A DNA stretch of 63,727 nt, filler included, from Anaerolineae bacterium (GTDB lineage Bacteria; Chloroflexota; Anaerolineae; B4-G1; DUEL01): assembly GCA_041082215.1 (NCBI GenBank). It is 8 parts of 8 records of this genome, joined end to end, with 100 filler letters (N's around TTAATTAATTAA, not from the genome) between each part and the next. Parts side by side here need not be neighbours in the genome. Positions count along the whole stretch, not along the records: positions 1 to 10,809 come from JBDOIF010000016.1; 7 more parts are not named here. The stretch is one strand, 5' to 3'. The first letter of the stretch is position 1. Each line of letters begins with the position of its first letter. Positions 1 to 9,070 of the stretch are shown here, in pieces. The notes below the pieces were generated by a model, which was not told where the DNA came from, did no database searches, and was given only the letters and a program-made list of their open reading frames with translations. A program made the translations under genes and the position numbers.

Positions 1-2
1 CA

Positions 3-392
3 GCGGTGATCCGGCCATACGTGATGTTGCGCGACGATGAATTTATGGTAATGCCCAATCATGTGCACGGGATTATCTGGATTGTGGACGATGATTGTAG
101 GGGCGCAGCGGCGCTGCGCCCCTACACCCGCGATAAAACCCCACCCACCAACGTCATCCCTGGTTCGTTGGGAGCCATCGTGCGGGCGTACAAATCGGCC
201 GTTGCCAAACGTATCAATGCCCTGCGAGGCACGCCTGGCGCACCCCTATGGCAACGCAATTATTACGAACACATCATCCGCGATGACAGGGAATTGGAAC
301 GCATCCGCCGCTACATCCTGGATAACCCTGTCCTTTGGACAGAGGACCGGGAAAATCCGGACGTGGTCACCGTTGCCCGATGGAGGAGGTAG
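3..392 (+). CDS. REP-associated tyrosine transposase (RAYT, Y1/HUH family), 5'-truncated by the window edge
   Basis: Contains the HUH motif MPNHVHGII and the RAYT-type C-terminus WQRNYYEHIIR...YILDNP with the catalytic Tyr. The frame is open to the window start. Confidence 0.9.
   Translation, partial: AVIRPYVMLRDDEFMVMPNHVHGIIWIVDDDCRGAAALRPYTRDKTPPTNVIPGSLGAIVRAYKSAVAKRINALRGTPGAPLWQRNYYEHIIRDDRELERIRRYILDNPVLWTEDRENPDVVTVARWRR
96..126. repeat. GTAG-type REP palindrome inside the RAYT gene
   Basis: TGTAGGGGCGCAGCG-g-CGCTGCGCCCCTACA, perfect 15-bp arms. It translates in frame as CRGAAALRPY. Confidence 0.85.
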
Positions 393-395
393 CCT

Positions 396-1526
396 GTGCA
401 AGCCCTGCAACATTTGCGACAAATCCTCAAAACCATCGCCCAGGACGTAGAGGTGCTCCCCGCCGTCGGCGGCGCGGTGGAGGACCTGGAGCGCCCCGAT
501 TTTGAGGAGCGAGAGGATCAGGCGCTCAACGAAAAGGAAAAGGTCTTTGAGACCATCTTTGAGCGCGACCCATCCTCGCGCCTCCCGCCCCTCTACCGCC
601 CTGTGCCGCCTCTAGGGCGTGCCGAGCAGCATCTTTTCCGCTACTTTCTCGATGGCTCGTTCCGCTCCTACTTTCTCGGCACGGCGCTGGAAAATGAGCG
701 CGAATCGCCGGTGCACTATGCCCAGATCGGCGCCTGTGTGCTGCGCCGCGAAGACGACGGCTCGGTGCGGCGCGAAATCCTGCAGATAGACAACCTGCTG
801 ATGGCCGGCAAACAACGCCTTTCGGAAGCGGTCTGGACAAAACTGGAAGCCCTTGCCTCCGCCGCTTCCATCAGATTGCTGGACCTGACCGAACAGGACA
901 TCGTCAGCGGCGTCCTCGCCGATTTCGACCTGCGCAATAAAGCCGCGGGCAAAGTGCGCTTCGCCATGCACAATCTGGAGGCAGAGATTATCAAGGCGAT
1001 CCTGCCGCAACTCTCTATGGAGCGCTGGCTCATCGTGGATGGCTCGCTTTTATTTGAGCCAACGCTGGCGCAATTGAGCGGCGATGATCAGCTCAAGCCC
1101 ATCATCGGCGTGGCCAAGAATTTCCGCAAAGACCCGCAGTTCGTCTCCGGCAGGGGGCCGCGCGCCGAGCGCCGCTCGATCTACAGGATGCTCGCCGACC
1201 TGCAGGCCGAGCATCGCACCGCTGCTTTCAGCGCGCGCGGGGGCAAGGTCGTGTTCTGGTACGTCCGACTGCGCGAGCAAACCTACCTGGATTACCCGCT
1301 GATGGGCGTCGTCAAGGTCGAACTGGCGAATCCGCCTCAGGAGCCTGTGCCATCTGATTTGCTTGACGAGATTTCGCGTGCCCTGGTCGCCGAGCGTAGC
1401 ATCACGCCGCACGGCCAGGACCGCCGCTGGCATGCGCACCTGTATCCCATTTTTCTCGCCGAACGCGCGGTGAAGGAAAGCCTCCTCTCGCGCGAGGCCG
1501 TGCAGCAATTTCTCAAATGGAGGTAG
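396..1526 (+). CDS. nurA: NurA-family nuclease
   Basis: Acidic motifs FLDGS and LIVDGSL, GVAKNF, and a C-terminal HLYPIFLAE. Lies directly upstream of a HerA-like ATPase. Confidence 0.75.
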   Translation: MQALQHLRQILKTIAQDVEVLPAVGGAVEDLERPDFEEREDQALNEKEKVFETIFERDPSSRLPPLYRPVPPLGRAEQHLFRYFLDGSFRSYFLGTALENERESPVHYAQIGACVLRREDDGSVRREILQIDNLLMAGKQRLSEAVWTKLEALASAASIRLLDLTEQDIVSGVLADFDLRNKAAGKVRFAMHNLEAEIIKAILPQLSMERWLIVDGSLLFEPTLAQLSGDDQLKPIIGVAKNFRKDPQFVSGRGPRAERRSIYRMLADLQAEHRTAAFSARGGKVVFWYVRLREQTYLDYPLMGVVKVELANPPQEPVPSDLLDEISRALVAERSITPHGQDRRWHAHLYPIFLAERAVKESLLSREAVQQFLKWR

Positions 1527-1528
1527 CG

Positions 1529-3208
1529 ATGTCCGATGAACGCCCCATAATCGGCCTCTCATCGGCCACTGCCAATCAGCCCAACTCATCCGATGCGTTC
1601 TCCTTCTGGCTGGCGCCCGAGGTCATTGTCAACCCGTTCGATATCGTCGAGGCTGAGCAGGTCGCGCCTGAAGGGACAAGCCGCACCTTTGGCATCGTGA
1701 ATACCCTGGAGCACAGCACTGACGCGCCGACGCATCTTTCCAATTTTATCTCCAACGACTTTGGGCAGGTGGCGGGTGAGCCGAACACGGCGCGGCAGGG
1801 CACAACCGTTGCCCATGTCGCCGTCCTCTCAAATGACCGGGACATCTACATGCCGGTGATGAACGACCGGCCGGTGCGCTTTGCCGACGAGGGGGGCATT
1901 CACACTGCCCTGGGCATTGACCAGGTGCCGGCGCGTTACCGCGTACCGGCGGGGCTGATCGAGATGTCGAACGGGACGTGCGCCGTCGTCTACCTGGATA
2001 GCCGCTACATCCTCGGCCCTGAGGGCGCGCACGTCAACATCACCGGCATTTCGGGATTGGCGACCAAAACCTCCTACGCGATTTTCCTTATCCAGTCCAT
2101 CCTGCAAAAGGCGGAGAACCGTGACCGCATCGGCGTCATCATTCTCAACGTCAAGCACGGCGACCTGCTCACCATTGACCAGCCGCCGTGTGAGGGACTG
2201 CCCCCTGAGCAGCATGACCTGTGGGAAAGGCTCGGCCTCACGCCGCAGCCGTTCAGCAACGTGCGTTATCTCCTGCCCTATGGCAAAGACACTCCAACCA
2301 CCGGGCGACCGAACAGTTTCCGCATCCCGGAGCGCAATTGGTTCCTCTACGCCTACTCGCTTGCGGACACGTACAGCAAACTCGATCTGCTCCTCTCCAA
2401 CATCCCCGATCCGTGGGACACCGTCGGTGCGCTGATCGGCGAGATTACGCAGGGGCTTTCGGACCCCAGGACGGGCCAGTGGGGGCCGACTGGAAAGTGG
2501 AAAGGGGTGACCGATTGGAATAGCCTGCTGAACGGCGAACCGCTGGTCAAGGAGGGGCAGGCCCAGCAGGTGGGTGACGTGCGCGCCGTCTCCGTCGGGC
2601 GTTTTCGGCGCTTGCTGCGGCGCATCGTGCAGACCCGCCAGACGGGGATTTTTGTTGACCAACGTCGAAGGGATGTCAAGAACATGAGCCAGGAGATCGC
2701 CAGGATCCGCGGCGGGGAGACGATCGTCGTGGACATCGCTCGCCTTGCCGATGATGAGCAGACGCTGGTCTTCGGCGACATTCTGCGCACCATCTACGCT
2801 CTCTACGCCGAGGAGGGAAGCGAGAGCGAGGATCTGCCGGAGAAGGTCATCATCTTTGTGGACGAACTGAACAAGTACGCACCGGCGCGTGAAAAGGAAT
2901 CGCCCATCATCGAGCAGGTACTGGACATCGCCGAGCGCGGGCGGTCGCTGGGCGTGGTGCTCCTGGGCGCGGAGCAATTTATGAGCGCGGTGCATGATCG
3001 TGTCGTCGGCAACTGCTCGACGACCGTCATCGGCCGCAGCGGCTCCGCCGAACTCTCGTCGCCCGCGTATCGCTTTCTCGATCCGGCCGTCAAGGCAAAT
3101 ATCTCGCGCCTGCAAAAGGGCGAACTCGTCATCAGCCACGCGACCTTCCGCCAACCGGTGAAAATCTCTTTTCCCAAGCCAGCATATTGGCAAGAGGGTG
3201 CTGAGTGA
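1529..3208 (+). CDS. herA: HerA-like ATPase/helicase (FtsK-HerA superfamily)
   Basis: Divergent Walker A HVNITGISGLATKT, Walker B VIIFVDE, and ERGRSLG motif. SD GGAGG lies before ATG 1529. Confidence 0.85.
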   Translation: MSDERPIIGLSSATANQPNSSDAFSFWLAPEVIVNPFDIVEAEQVAPEGTSRTFGIVNTLEHSTDAPTHLSNFISNDFGQVAGEPNTARQGTTVAHVAVLSNDRDIYMPVMNDRPVRFADEGGIHTALGIDQVPARYRVPAGLIEMSNGTCAVVYLDSRYILGPEGAHVNITGISGLATKTSYAIFLIQSILQKAENRDRIGVIILNVKHGDLLTIDQPPCEGLPPEQHDLWERLGLTPQPFSNVRYLLPYGKDTPTTGRPNSFRIPERNWFLYAYSLADTYSKLDLLLSNIPDPWDTVGALIGEITQGLSDPRTGQWGPTGKWKGVTDWNSLLNGEPLVKEGQAQQVGDVRAVSVGRFRRLLRRIVQTRQTGIFVDQRRRDVKNMSQEIARIRGGETIVVDIARLADDEQTLVFGDILRTIYALYAEEGSESEDLPEKVIIFVDELNKYAPAREKESPIIEQVLDIAERGRSLGVVLLGAEQFMSAVHDRVVGNCSTTVIGRSGSAELSSPAYRFLDPAVKANISRLQKGELVISHATFRQPVKISFPKPAYWQEGAE

Positions 3209-3219
3209 GAGGGTAAACA

Positions 3220-4335
3220 GTGAAGCCCGCAGTCACCATACCTCGTCGCAGCGAAGTGGTCCGCAACCACCGTCAGGCGGGAGGGGCCATTGCTGCAGTC
3301 CTGCCGATCCACTACCCGCGCGCCCTCCTCCGCGCCTTCGGCTTCCTGCCCGTCGAGGTCTGGGGGCCGCCGCAGGTGGACACCTCCTACGGTGCGGCCC
3401 ACCTGCAACCGTATGTCTGCTCCGTTGTCCGTAACGGCCTCTCCTTCCTGCGGTCCGGCGGGCTGGACGTGGCCGATCTCCTGGTCGTTCCCCACGCCTG
3501 TGACGCGCTTCAGGGGCTGGGGAGCATCCTCCTGGACTTCATCCGGCCCCGCCAGCCGGTCCTCCCCCTCTACCTCCCCCGGGGTCGAAGGGAGAGCGAC
3601 CTGGACTTCCTGGCGGAGGAGTTCCGCGCTGCCAGCCAGAGGCTTTCTGAGATCACCGGCCGTGTGCCGTCCGAGGCGGAGCTGCTGGCCTGCATCGTCC
3701 GGGAGGAGGAGGCGGATCGGTTGCTGGCGGAGCTTCACCGACGGCGGACGGAGCTTCCGATGAGCGACCTGGCCTTCTACCGGCTGGTCCGCAGCCGGGA
3801 GTACCTGCCCGCCGAGCGCTTCGCCGGGCTGGCGGAGGAGGCGCTTGCACAGGCGGGCGACCCCCGCGCCGATGGGGTCCCCATCCTCCTCTCCGGCATC
3901 CTCCCCGAGCCGATGGCGCTCTTCGAGGCGCTGGAGGAGATGGGGGGGCAGGTCGTCGCCGACGACCTGGCCTGCTGCGGGCGGCGGCTCTACCCGCCGG
4001 GGAGCGACCCTGACCCCTTCCGCCGGATGGCCCAGCGTATTCTGAACGGCCCGCCCGATCCCACCCGCGGCAGCCCCATCGAGGAGCGGCTGGCCCATCT
4101 GCTGCGATTGGCGGAGCAATCCGGGGCGCGGGGCGCGGTCTTCTACGATGTAAAGTTCTGCGAGCCGGAGCTGTTCGACCTGCCGGACCTGCGGCGGGAA
4201 CTGACAAAGGCAGGGCTTCCCTCCGTGGCGATCGAGACCGACCTGAACGACCCCCTTTCCCACCAGACCCTCACCCGACTGGAGGCGTTTCTGGAGATGG
4301 TTGAGGGAGCAAGGGGCAAGGGACAGGAGGTGTAG
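3220..4335 (+). CDS. 2-hydroxyacyl-CoA dehydratase / benzoyl-CoA reductase subunit (HgdB/BcrC family)
   Basis: Motifs CSVVR, HACD, VADDLACC and KFCEP, ending TRLEAFLEM. Confidence 0.85.
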   Translation: MKPAVTIPRRSEVVRNHRQAGGAIAAVLPIHYPRALLRAFGFLPVEVWGPPQVDTSYGAAHLQPYVCSVVRNGLSFLRSGGLDVADLLVVPHACDALQGLGSILLDFIRPRQPVLPLYLPRGRRESDLDFLAEEFRAASQRLSEITGRVPSEAELLACIVREEEADRLLAELHRRRTELPMSDLAFYRLVRSREYLPAERFAGLAEEALAQAGDPRADGVPILLSGILPEPMALFEALEEMGGQVVADDLACCGRRLYPPGSDPDPFRRMAQRILNGPPDPTRGSPIEERLAHLLRLAEQSGARGAVFYDVKFCEPELFDLPDLRRELTKAGLPSVAIETDLNDPLSHQTLTRLEAFLEMVEGARGKGQEV

Positions 4336-4338
4336 GGG

Positions 4339-5661
4339 ATGGGCCTCCCCGCTGCGTGGCGATACCACTGGAACGTGGACCTGCTGGGCCGGGCGGCGCT
4401 GCGGGTGAACCGCTGGCTGGCGCAGCGGCGGGGAGACGCCGGCTGGAACAGTCAGGTGCTCGCGCCGCCGCTGCGGGTCTCTGCCTGGAACAAAGAGCTG
4501 ATCGCCCGTCACTACCTGGCCGGCCGGTACGCCAATGGCTACCGGAAAGTGGCCTGGGTCACCTCCGGGGCGCCGGTGGAGCTCCTCAAGGCGCTCGACT
4601 TCTATGTCCTCTATCCGGAGAACCACGCCGCCCTCTGCGGCGCGGGCCGCGTGGTGGTGGAGATCGCGTCGGAGGCGGAGGACGCGGGCTTCTCTCGCGA
4701 TCTCTGCTCCTACGCCCGTACCGACATCGGCACGGTCCTCTCCGGCAAGACCCCCGTCGGCCGCCTCCCCCGGCCCGACCTGCTGATGGCCTGCACCAAT
4801 ATCTGCCAGACCGTCCTCTACTGGTACCGGGTCCTGGCCCACCATTTCCGCATCCCGCTCATCCTGATTGACACTCCCTTCATCTACACCGAGGCCACCG
4901 ACCATGCTATCGCCTATGTCAGGCGACAGTTAGAGGAGGCGGTGGAGGTGGCGGAAGAGGTGGCGGGAAAACCCCTGCGGATGGAACGGCTGCGGGAGGT
5001 GGGGCGGCTGAGCCAGCGGGCCAGCGAACTGTGGATGGAGATCATGGAGCGCTGCAGGCACCGCCCATCCCCTATTTCTGTCTTCGACCAGTTCATCCAG
5101 ATGGCCCCGGTGGTGGAGATGCGGGGGGAGCCGGAGACGGTGGATTTCTATGCTGCGATGCTGCGGGAGGTGGACGAGCGGATCGCCCGCGGGATCGGTG
5201 TGGTGAAGGAGGAGAAGCGGCGGCTGCTCTGGGATAACCTCCCCATCTGGTACCGGCTCCGGTACCTGGCCGAGTTCCTGGGGCAACACGGGGCGGCCAT
5301 CGTCGCCTCCACCTATACCAATGCGTGGGGGGAGCTGGCCCGTATGATTGACCCGGACCGCCCCTTCGAATCCATGGCCCGTACCTATATGCACCCCATC
5401 CTTAACCGGGGGACCGGGGAGAAGCTGGCGCTGATGCGCCGGATGGTCGAGGAGTACAAACTGGACGGGGTCATCCTCCATTCCGACCGCTCCTGCAAGC
5501 CCTACTCCATCGGCCAGATTGACCAGCGGGACCGGCTGATCCGGGAGGTGGGGGTTCCGGCCCTGCTTCTGGAGGCGGACCACAACGACCCGCGTGCCTT
5601 CTCTGAGGAGCAGGTCGCCACGCGGCTTTCGGCCTTCCTGGAGGTATTGGGGCTGGCCTGA
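4339..5661 (+). CDS. 2-hydroxyacyl-CoA dehydratase / benzoyl-CoA reductase subunit (HgdA/BcrB family)
   Basis: Motifs YPENHAA, DLCSY, TNICQ and HSDRSCK, ending RLSAFLE. Confidence 0.85.
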   Translation: MGLPAAWRYHWNVDLLGRAALRVNRWLAQRRGDAGWNSQVLAPPLRVSAWNKELIARHYLAGRYANGYRKVAWVTSGAPVELLKALDFYVLYPENHAALCGAGRVVVEIASEAEDAGFSRDLCSYARTDIGTVLSGKTPVGRLPRPDLLMACTNICQTVLYWYRVLAHHFRIPLILIDTPFIYTEATDHAIAYVRRQLEEAVEVAEEVAGKPLRMERLREVGRLSQRASELWMEIMERCRHRPSPISVFDQFIQMAPVVEMRGEPETVDFYAAMLREVDERIARGIGVVKEEKRRLLWDNLPIWYRLRYLAEFLGQHGAAIVASTYTNAWGELARMIDPDRPFESMARTYMHPILNRGTGEKLALMRRMVEEYKLDGVILHSDRSCKPYSIGQIDQRDRLIREVGVPALLLEADHNDPRAFSEEQVATRLSAFLEVLGLA

Positions 5662-5707
5662 CGCCTGACGTATGACGCCTGACGTATGACGCCTGACGTA
5701 TGACGCA
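5659..5707 (+). repeat. Tandem heptamer array (TGACGCC TGACGTA)x3 + TGACGCA
   Basis: Read directly. It fills the whole gap between the stop at 5659-5661 and the ATG at 5700. Confidence 0.95.
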
Positions 5708-6500
5708 AGCCCTGGGCATTGATGTGGGAGCGGCGACGACAAAGATGGTCGCCGTAGATGGAGAGGGTCGCCTCCTCTGGCACTGGCTGGAGGAGACCGA
5801 ACCCCGCATTGAGGAGCAGGTGGCCCGCTTCCTGGCGGCGGCCCGGGAGGCGCTGGGGCCGCTGGATGGCGTGCCGCTGATCGCCACTGGCTACGGGCGC
5901 AGGCTGATCCATCAGGCCACACGGAGGGTGACGGAGATCACCTGCCACGCGCTGGGGATCTATCGGGAGCTGGGCCACGGGGGGACGCTGGTGGACATCG
6001 GCGGACAGGATAGCAAGGCCATCCGCATCGGCCCGGATGGGAGCGTGGTGGACTTTGTGATGAACGACAAGTGCGCCGCCGGAACGGGCCGGTTCCTGGA
6101 GAACACCGCCCGCCGCCTGGGAGTGGGGCTGGAGGAGATGGGACAGGTGGCGCTCGCGGCGACGGATGAGGTGACCATCTCCAGCACCTGCACCGTCTTC
6201 GCCGAGTCGGAAGTGGTCTCCCTCATCGCCCATGGAGTTGGCGTGCCGGCCATCCTGCGTGGACTCCACCGCGCCCTGGTGCAGCGGGTCGTGGCGATGG
6301 TCCGCACGGTGGGGCTGGAGCCGCCGCTGATGCTCTCCGGCGGCGTGGTCAGGAATCCTGCTGTCTGCCGGATGCTGGAGGAGGAGACGGGCCACCCCGT
6401 CCTCCTGCCCCGTCACCCCCAACTGATGGGAGCCTATGGCGCGGCGTTGCTGGCGCTGGCAGAGACAGGGAGACGCGGAGATGGAGAGAACACGGGGTGA
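5700..6500 (+). CDS. ASKHA-fold [4Fe-4S] activator ATPase (HgdC/BcrAD/BadFG family)
   Basis: Motifs GIDVGA, ATGYGR, TEITCH, DIGGQDSK, MNDKCAAGTGRFLE and STCTVFAESEV. Confidence 0.92.
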   Translation: MTQALGIDVGAATTKMVAVDGEGRLLWHWLEETEPRIEEQVARFLAAAREALGPLDGVPLIATGYGRRLIHQATRRVTEITCHALGIYRELGHGGTLVDIGGQDSKAIRIGPDGSVVDFVMNDKCAAGTGRFLENTARRLGVGLEEMGQVALAATDEVTISSTCTVFAESEVVSLIAHGVGVPAILRGLHRALVQRVVAMVRTVGLEPPLMLSGGVVRNPAVCRMLEEETGHPVLLPRHPQLMGAYGAALLALAETGRRGDGENTG

Positions 6501-6555
6501 TCGCAAGAGGTGAAAGAACCTTTGGAACTCCGTGTCCTCCGTGTCTCCGTGGTTA
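6461..6555. repeat. Octamer/nonamer microrepeat (GACACGGA / CTCCGTGTC family)
   Basis: GAGACAGGGAGACGCGGAG at the gene end and CTCCGTGTCCTCCGTGTCTCCGTGG downstream. Related copies at about 21913, 25078, 39321 and 40394. Confidence 0.7.
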
Positions 6556-6565
6556 GATATGAGCA

Positions 6566-7069
6566 ATGAAAAGACCGGTTGTTCATCCCACCGCCTTCAT
6601 TGCCCCCAACGCCGTCCTGATCGGCGATGTCACGGTGGAGGCGGAGGCGAGCGTCTGGTTCGGCTGCGTGCTGCGGGCGGAGGAGGCCCCTATCGTGATC
6701 GGCCCGCGCACCAACGTGCAGGACCTGACGGTGGTCCATACCGACGCCGGGAAGCCCTGCCGGCTGGGGGCGGAAGTGACGGTGGGCCATCGTGCTGTGC
6801 TCCACGGGACCATGGTGGAGGACAGGGCTTTCATCGGTATCGGAGCGATCCTCCTCAACGACTCTGTCGTGGGGAAGGAGGCGATGATCGGCGCCGGAGC
6901 GGTGGTGCCGGAGGGGGCCGTCATCCCACCCCGTGTGCTGGCCGTGGGCATGCCGGCGCGGGTGGTGCGGCCGCTGGAGGAAAGGGACCTGAGGCGTGCG
7001 CGGGAGGCGGTCGCCTGGTACGTGGAACAGGCGCGGGCTTACCGCCGGAGGGAGGGAAACGATGAGTGA
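6566..7069 (+). CDS. Gamma carbonic anhydrase-family (hexapeptide repeat) protein
   Basis: Motifs IGDV, WFGCVLR, TNVQD..VH and TVGH.A.LHG. Confidence 0.9.
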   Translation: MKRPVVHPTAFIAPNAVLIGDVTVEAEASVWFGCVLRAEEAPIVIGPRTNVQDLTVVHTDAGKPCRLGAEVTVGHRAVLHGTMVEDRAFIGIGAILLNDSVVGKEAMIGAGAVVPEGAVIPPRVLAVGMPARVVRPLEERDLRRAREAVAWYVEQARAYRRREGNDE

Positions 7070-7535
7070 GGTGATCGAGCTCTTAAGACGGAGCGAGCTC
7101 TTCGCCGGCCTGCCCGAGGAGAAGATCGAGCAGATCATCTCCATCGGCCGGGTGAAGCGATTCAACGCGGGGGAGACGATCATCGCAGAAGGGGAGCCGT
7201 CGGACGAGATGTACATTGTGGAAGAGGGGCTGGTGGAGGTCCTCGTCTCCGAGATGGCCCTGCCCGACGTCGCCGGGCCGTCGGAGCTGACGCCCGTGGT
7301 CCAGTTGGGGCGGGGGCAGGTCTTCGGAGAAATGGCGCTGGTGGACCGGGGGGCGCGCTCGGCCACCGTCCGCTGCGTGGAGGATGGGACCACCCTGTTC
7401 GTCATCCCGCGGGAGGCCTTCTGGCGGCTCTGCGAGGCCGACCATCACATCGGCTACGTGGTGATGCGAAACATCGCCCGCGATCTCTCGTTCAAGCTCC
7501 GGGTCCGTAACCTGCCGAGGGCGACGGGCGCTTAA
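7062..7535 (+). CDS. Stand-alone cyclic nucleotide-binding domain protein
   Basis: IIAEGE...MYIV..G.V and FGEMALVD...RSATV. No C-terminal HTH. Confidence 0.88.
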   Translation: MSEVIELLRRSELFAGLPEEKIEQIISIGRVKRFNAGETIIAEGEPSDEMYIVEEGLVEVLVSEMALPDVAGPSELTPVVQLGRGQVFGEMALVDRGARSATVRCVEDGTTLFVIPREAFWRLCEADHHIGYVVMRNIARDLSFKLRVRNLPRATGA

Positions 7536-7548
7536 GGGAAGAGGCACG

Positions 7549-7764
7549 ATGATCTACAAAGTAAGCTATGTGGTCGTCGGGAGCCGGCACCCGGGGGCGA
7601 TCGTCAACCGGGATACCCCGCCGGTGCTCGGAGAGATCGTGGAACTGGGGGGGGATCGCTTCGAGGTGGTGGAGGTGGCAGACCTGATCCCCCCTCAGGG
7701 GGATTTCGCCTACCTGCATGTGACGCTGCGGCCGATAGCCAGGGGGCGGCGGCGAAAGGGGTAG
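7549..7764 (+). CDS. Small hypothetical beta-rich protein (71 aa)
   Basis: SD GAGG, ATG start, coding-like composition, last gene of the operon. Confidence 0.7.
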   Translation: MIYKVSYVVVGSRHPGAIVNRDTPPVLGEIVELGGDRFEVVEVADLIPPQGDFAYLHVTLRPIARGRRRKG

Positions 7765-7767
7765 GGG

Positions 7768-8142
7768 TCAGCCCTCCCCCAGATGGCGCCGGACGATCTC
7801 GATGAGCTCCTGCGGCTCGAAGGGCTTGATCAGATAGCCCGTGACTCCCATCGCTTTCCCCTTCTCCAGGTCCTCCTGCTCTGCCCGCGCGGACAGGAAG
7901 ATGAAGGGGATCGAGGACCATTCGGGGCGGGAACGGACGGCCTCAAGGAAGGCATACCCGTTCATCCCGGGCATCATGATGTCGGCCAGGATCAGGTCGG
8001 GCCGGACCCTCTCCATCAGGCAGAGCGCCTCCTCGCCGTTGGAGGCCGCCAGAACGGCGTATCCTTCTGCTTCCAGAATGCTCTGAATGGCCAGCAACAG
8101 GGGCTTGTAGTCCTCGGCGACCAGGATGCAGCGGGTGGGCAA
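7768..8142 (-). CDS. Single-domain response regulator (REC)
   Basis: Motifs ILVAED, PDLILADIMMP and YLIKPF. Confidence 0.92.
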   Translation of the reverse strand: MPTRCILVAEDYKPLLLAIQSILEAEGYAVLAASNGEEALCLMERVRPDLILADIMMPGMNGYAFLEAVRSRPEWSSIPFIFLSARAEQEDLEKGKAMGVTGYLIKPFEPQELIEIVRRHLGEG

Positions 8143-8220
8143 GCTCTTTTCTCCTTAGCAACTCTCCCTGGCTGGCAGGGCCAGCCTTCCTACCAGATGA
8201 ACGCGCCGCTGGCGGTATCT

Positions 8221-8249
8221 GCAGGATAACTCCAAAGGAGTTGTCCTAC
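8221..8249. repeat. REP-like palindrome GCAGGATAACTCC-aaa-GGAGTTGTCCTAC
   Basis: Imperfect inverted repeat ending in CCTAC. A near copy lies at 55213-55242. Confidence 0.7.
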
Positions 8250-8413
8250 GCTGGAGCGGTGGCTGGCACAAACCGTCATGCAACAGAATAGCACAAAAGG
8301 GGGGCAGAGGGGTATCGGGATTTTTCTGAGAAAAAAGTAGGGAAAATCCAGATTTTGAACCGGGCCGGGCGTTCCTCCGCCCGACCCGCTGTCCACCAGC
8401 ACTGGAGGGTGGG

Positions 8414-9070
8414 CTATTCCAGGGGGATCAATCCGTAGCGGACCGCCAGGCGGACCAGGGTTGCGTCGTCCCGGGCGCCCAGCTTTCGCTTCAGGTTGAG
8501 CCGGTGGGTGTCCACCGTTTTGGGGCTGATGTAGAGCCGCCTGGCGATCTCCCGCCGGCTGTGTCCCTCGGCGATCAACTGCAGCACCTCCCGCTCCCGG
8601 TCCGTCAGCAATTCAAGGGGGGAACGGGCCTCTTCCCGCCCTAACCGGTCCAGAAGCCCGGTCACGAGCCGGGAAGAGACAGCCGGGCTGAGGTAGGACT
8701 CCCCTCGATAGACCGCGCGAATGCCCTCCACCAGGTCCGATATGGCGGCATCCTTCAGGATATAGCCCGCCACCCCGGCCTGCAGGACCTCCAGGATATG
8801 GTGGGGTTCCTTGTGCATGGTCAGCACGAGGATACGGACGGGCAGCCGCTTCTTCTTGAGCCGGGAGGCCGCTTCCAGGCCGGACATCCCCGGCATCTCC
8901 AGGTCCATCACCAGCACGTCGGGGTAAAGGGCCTCGACCAGCTCCATCGCCTCCCGCCCATCCACCGCCTCGCCGACCACTTCGATATCCGGCTCCGGGT
9001 CCAGCAGGGCCCGGAACCCTTTGCGGACCAGGTGGTGGTCGTCCGCCAGGATCACCCGGATCTTCTTCAT
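8414..9070 (-). CDS. NarL/LuxR-family DNA-binding response regulator
   Basis: REC domain (ILADDH) plus LuxR HTH (LTDREREVL...ISPKTVDTHR). Confidence 0.95.
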   Translation of the reverse strand: MKKIRVILADDHHLVRKGFRALLDPEPDIEVVGEAVDGREAMELVEALYPDVLVMDLEMPGMSGLEAASRLKKKRLPVRILVLTMHKEPHHILEVLQAGVAGYILKDAAISDLVEGIRAVYRGESYLSPAVSSRLVTGLLDRLGREEARSPLELLTDREREVLQLIAEGHSRREIARRLYISPKTVDTHRLNLKRKLGARDDATLVRLAVRYGLIPLE

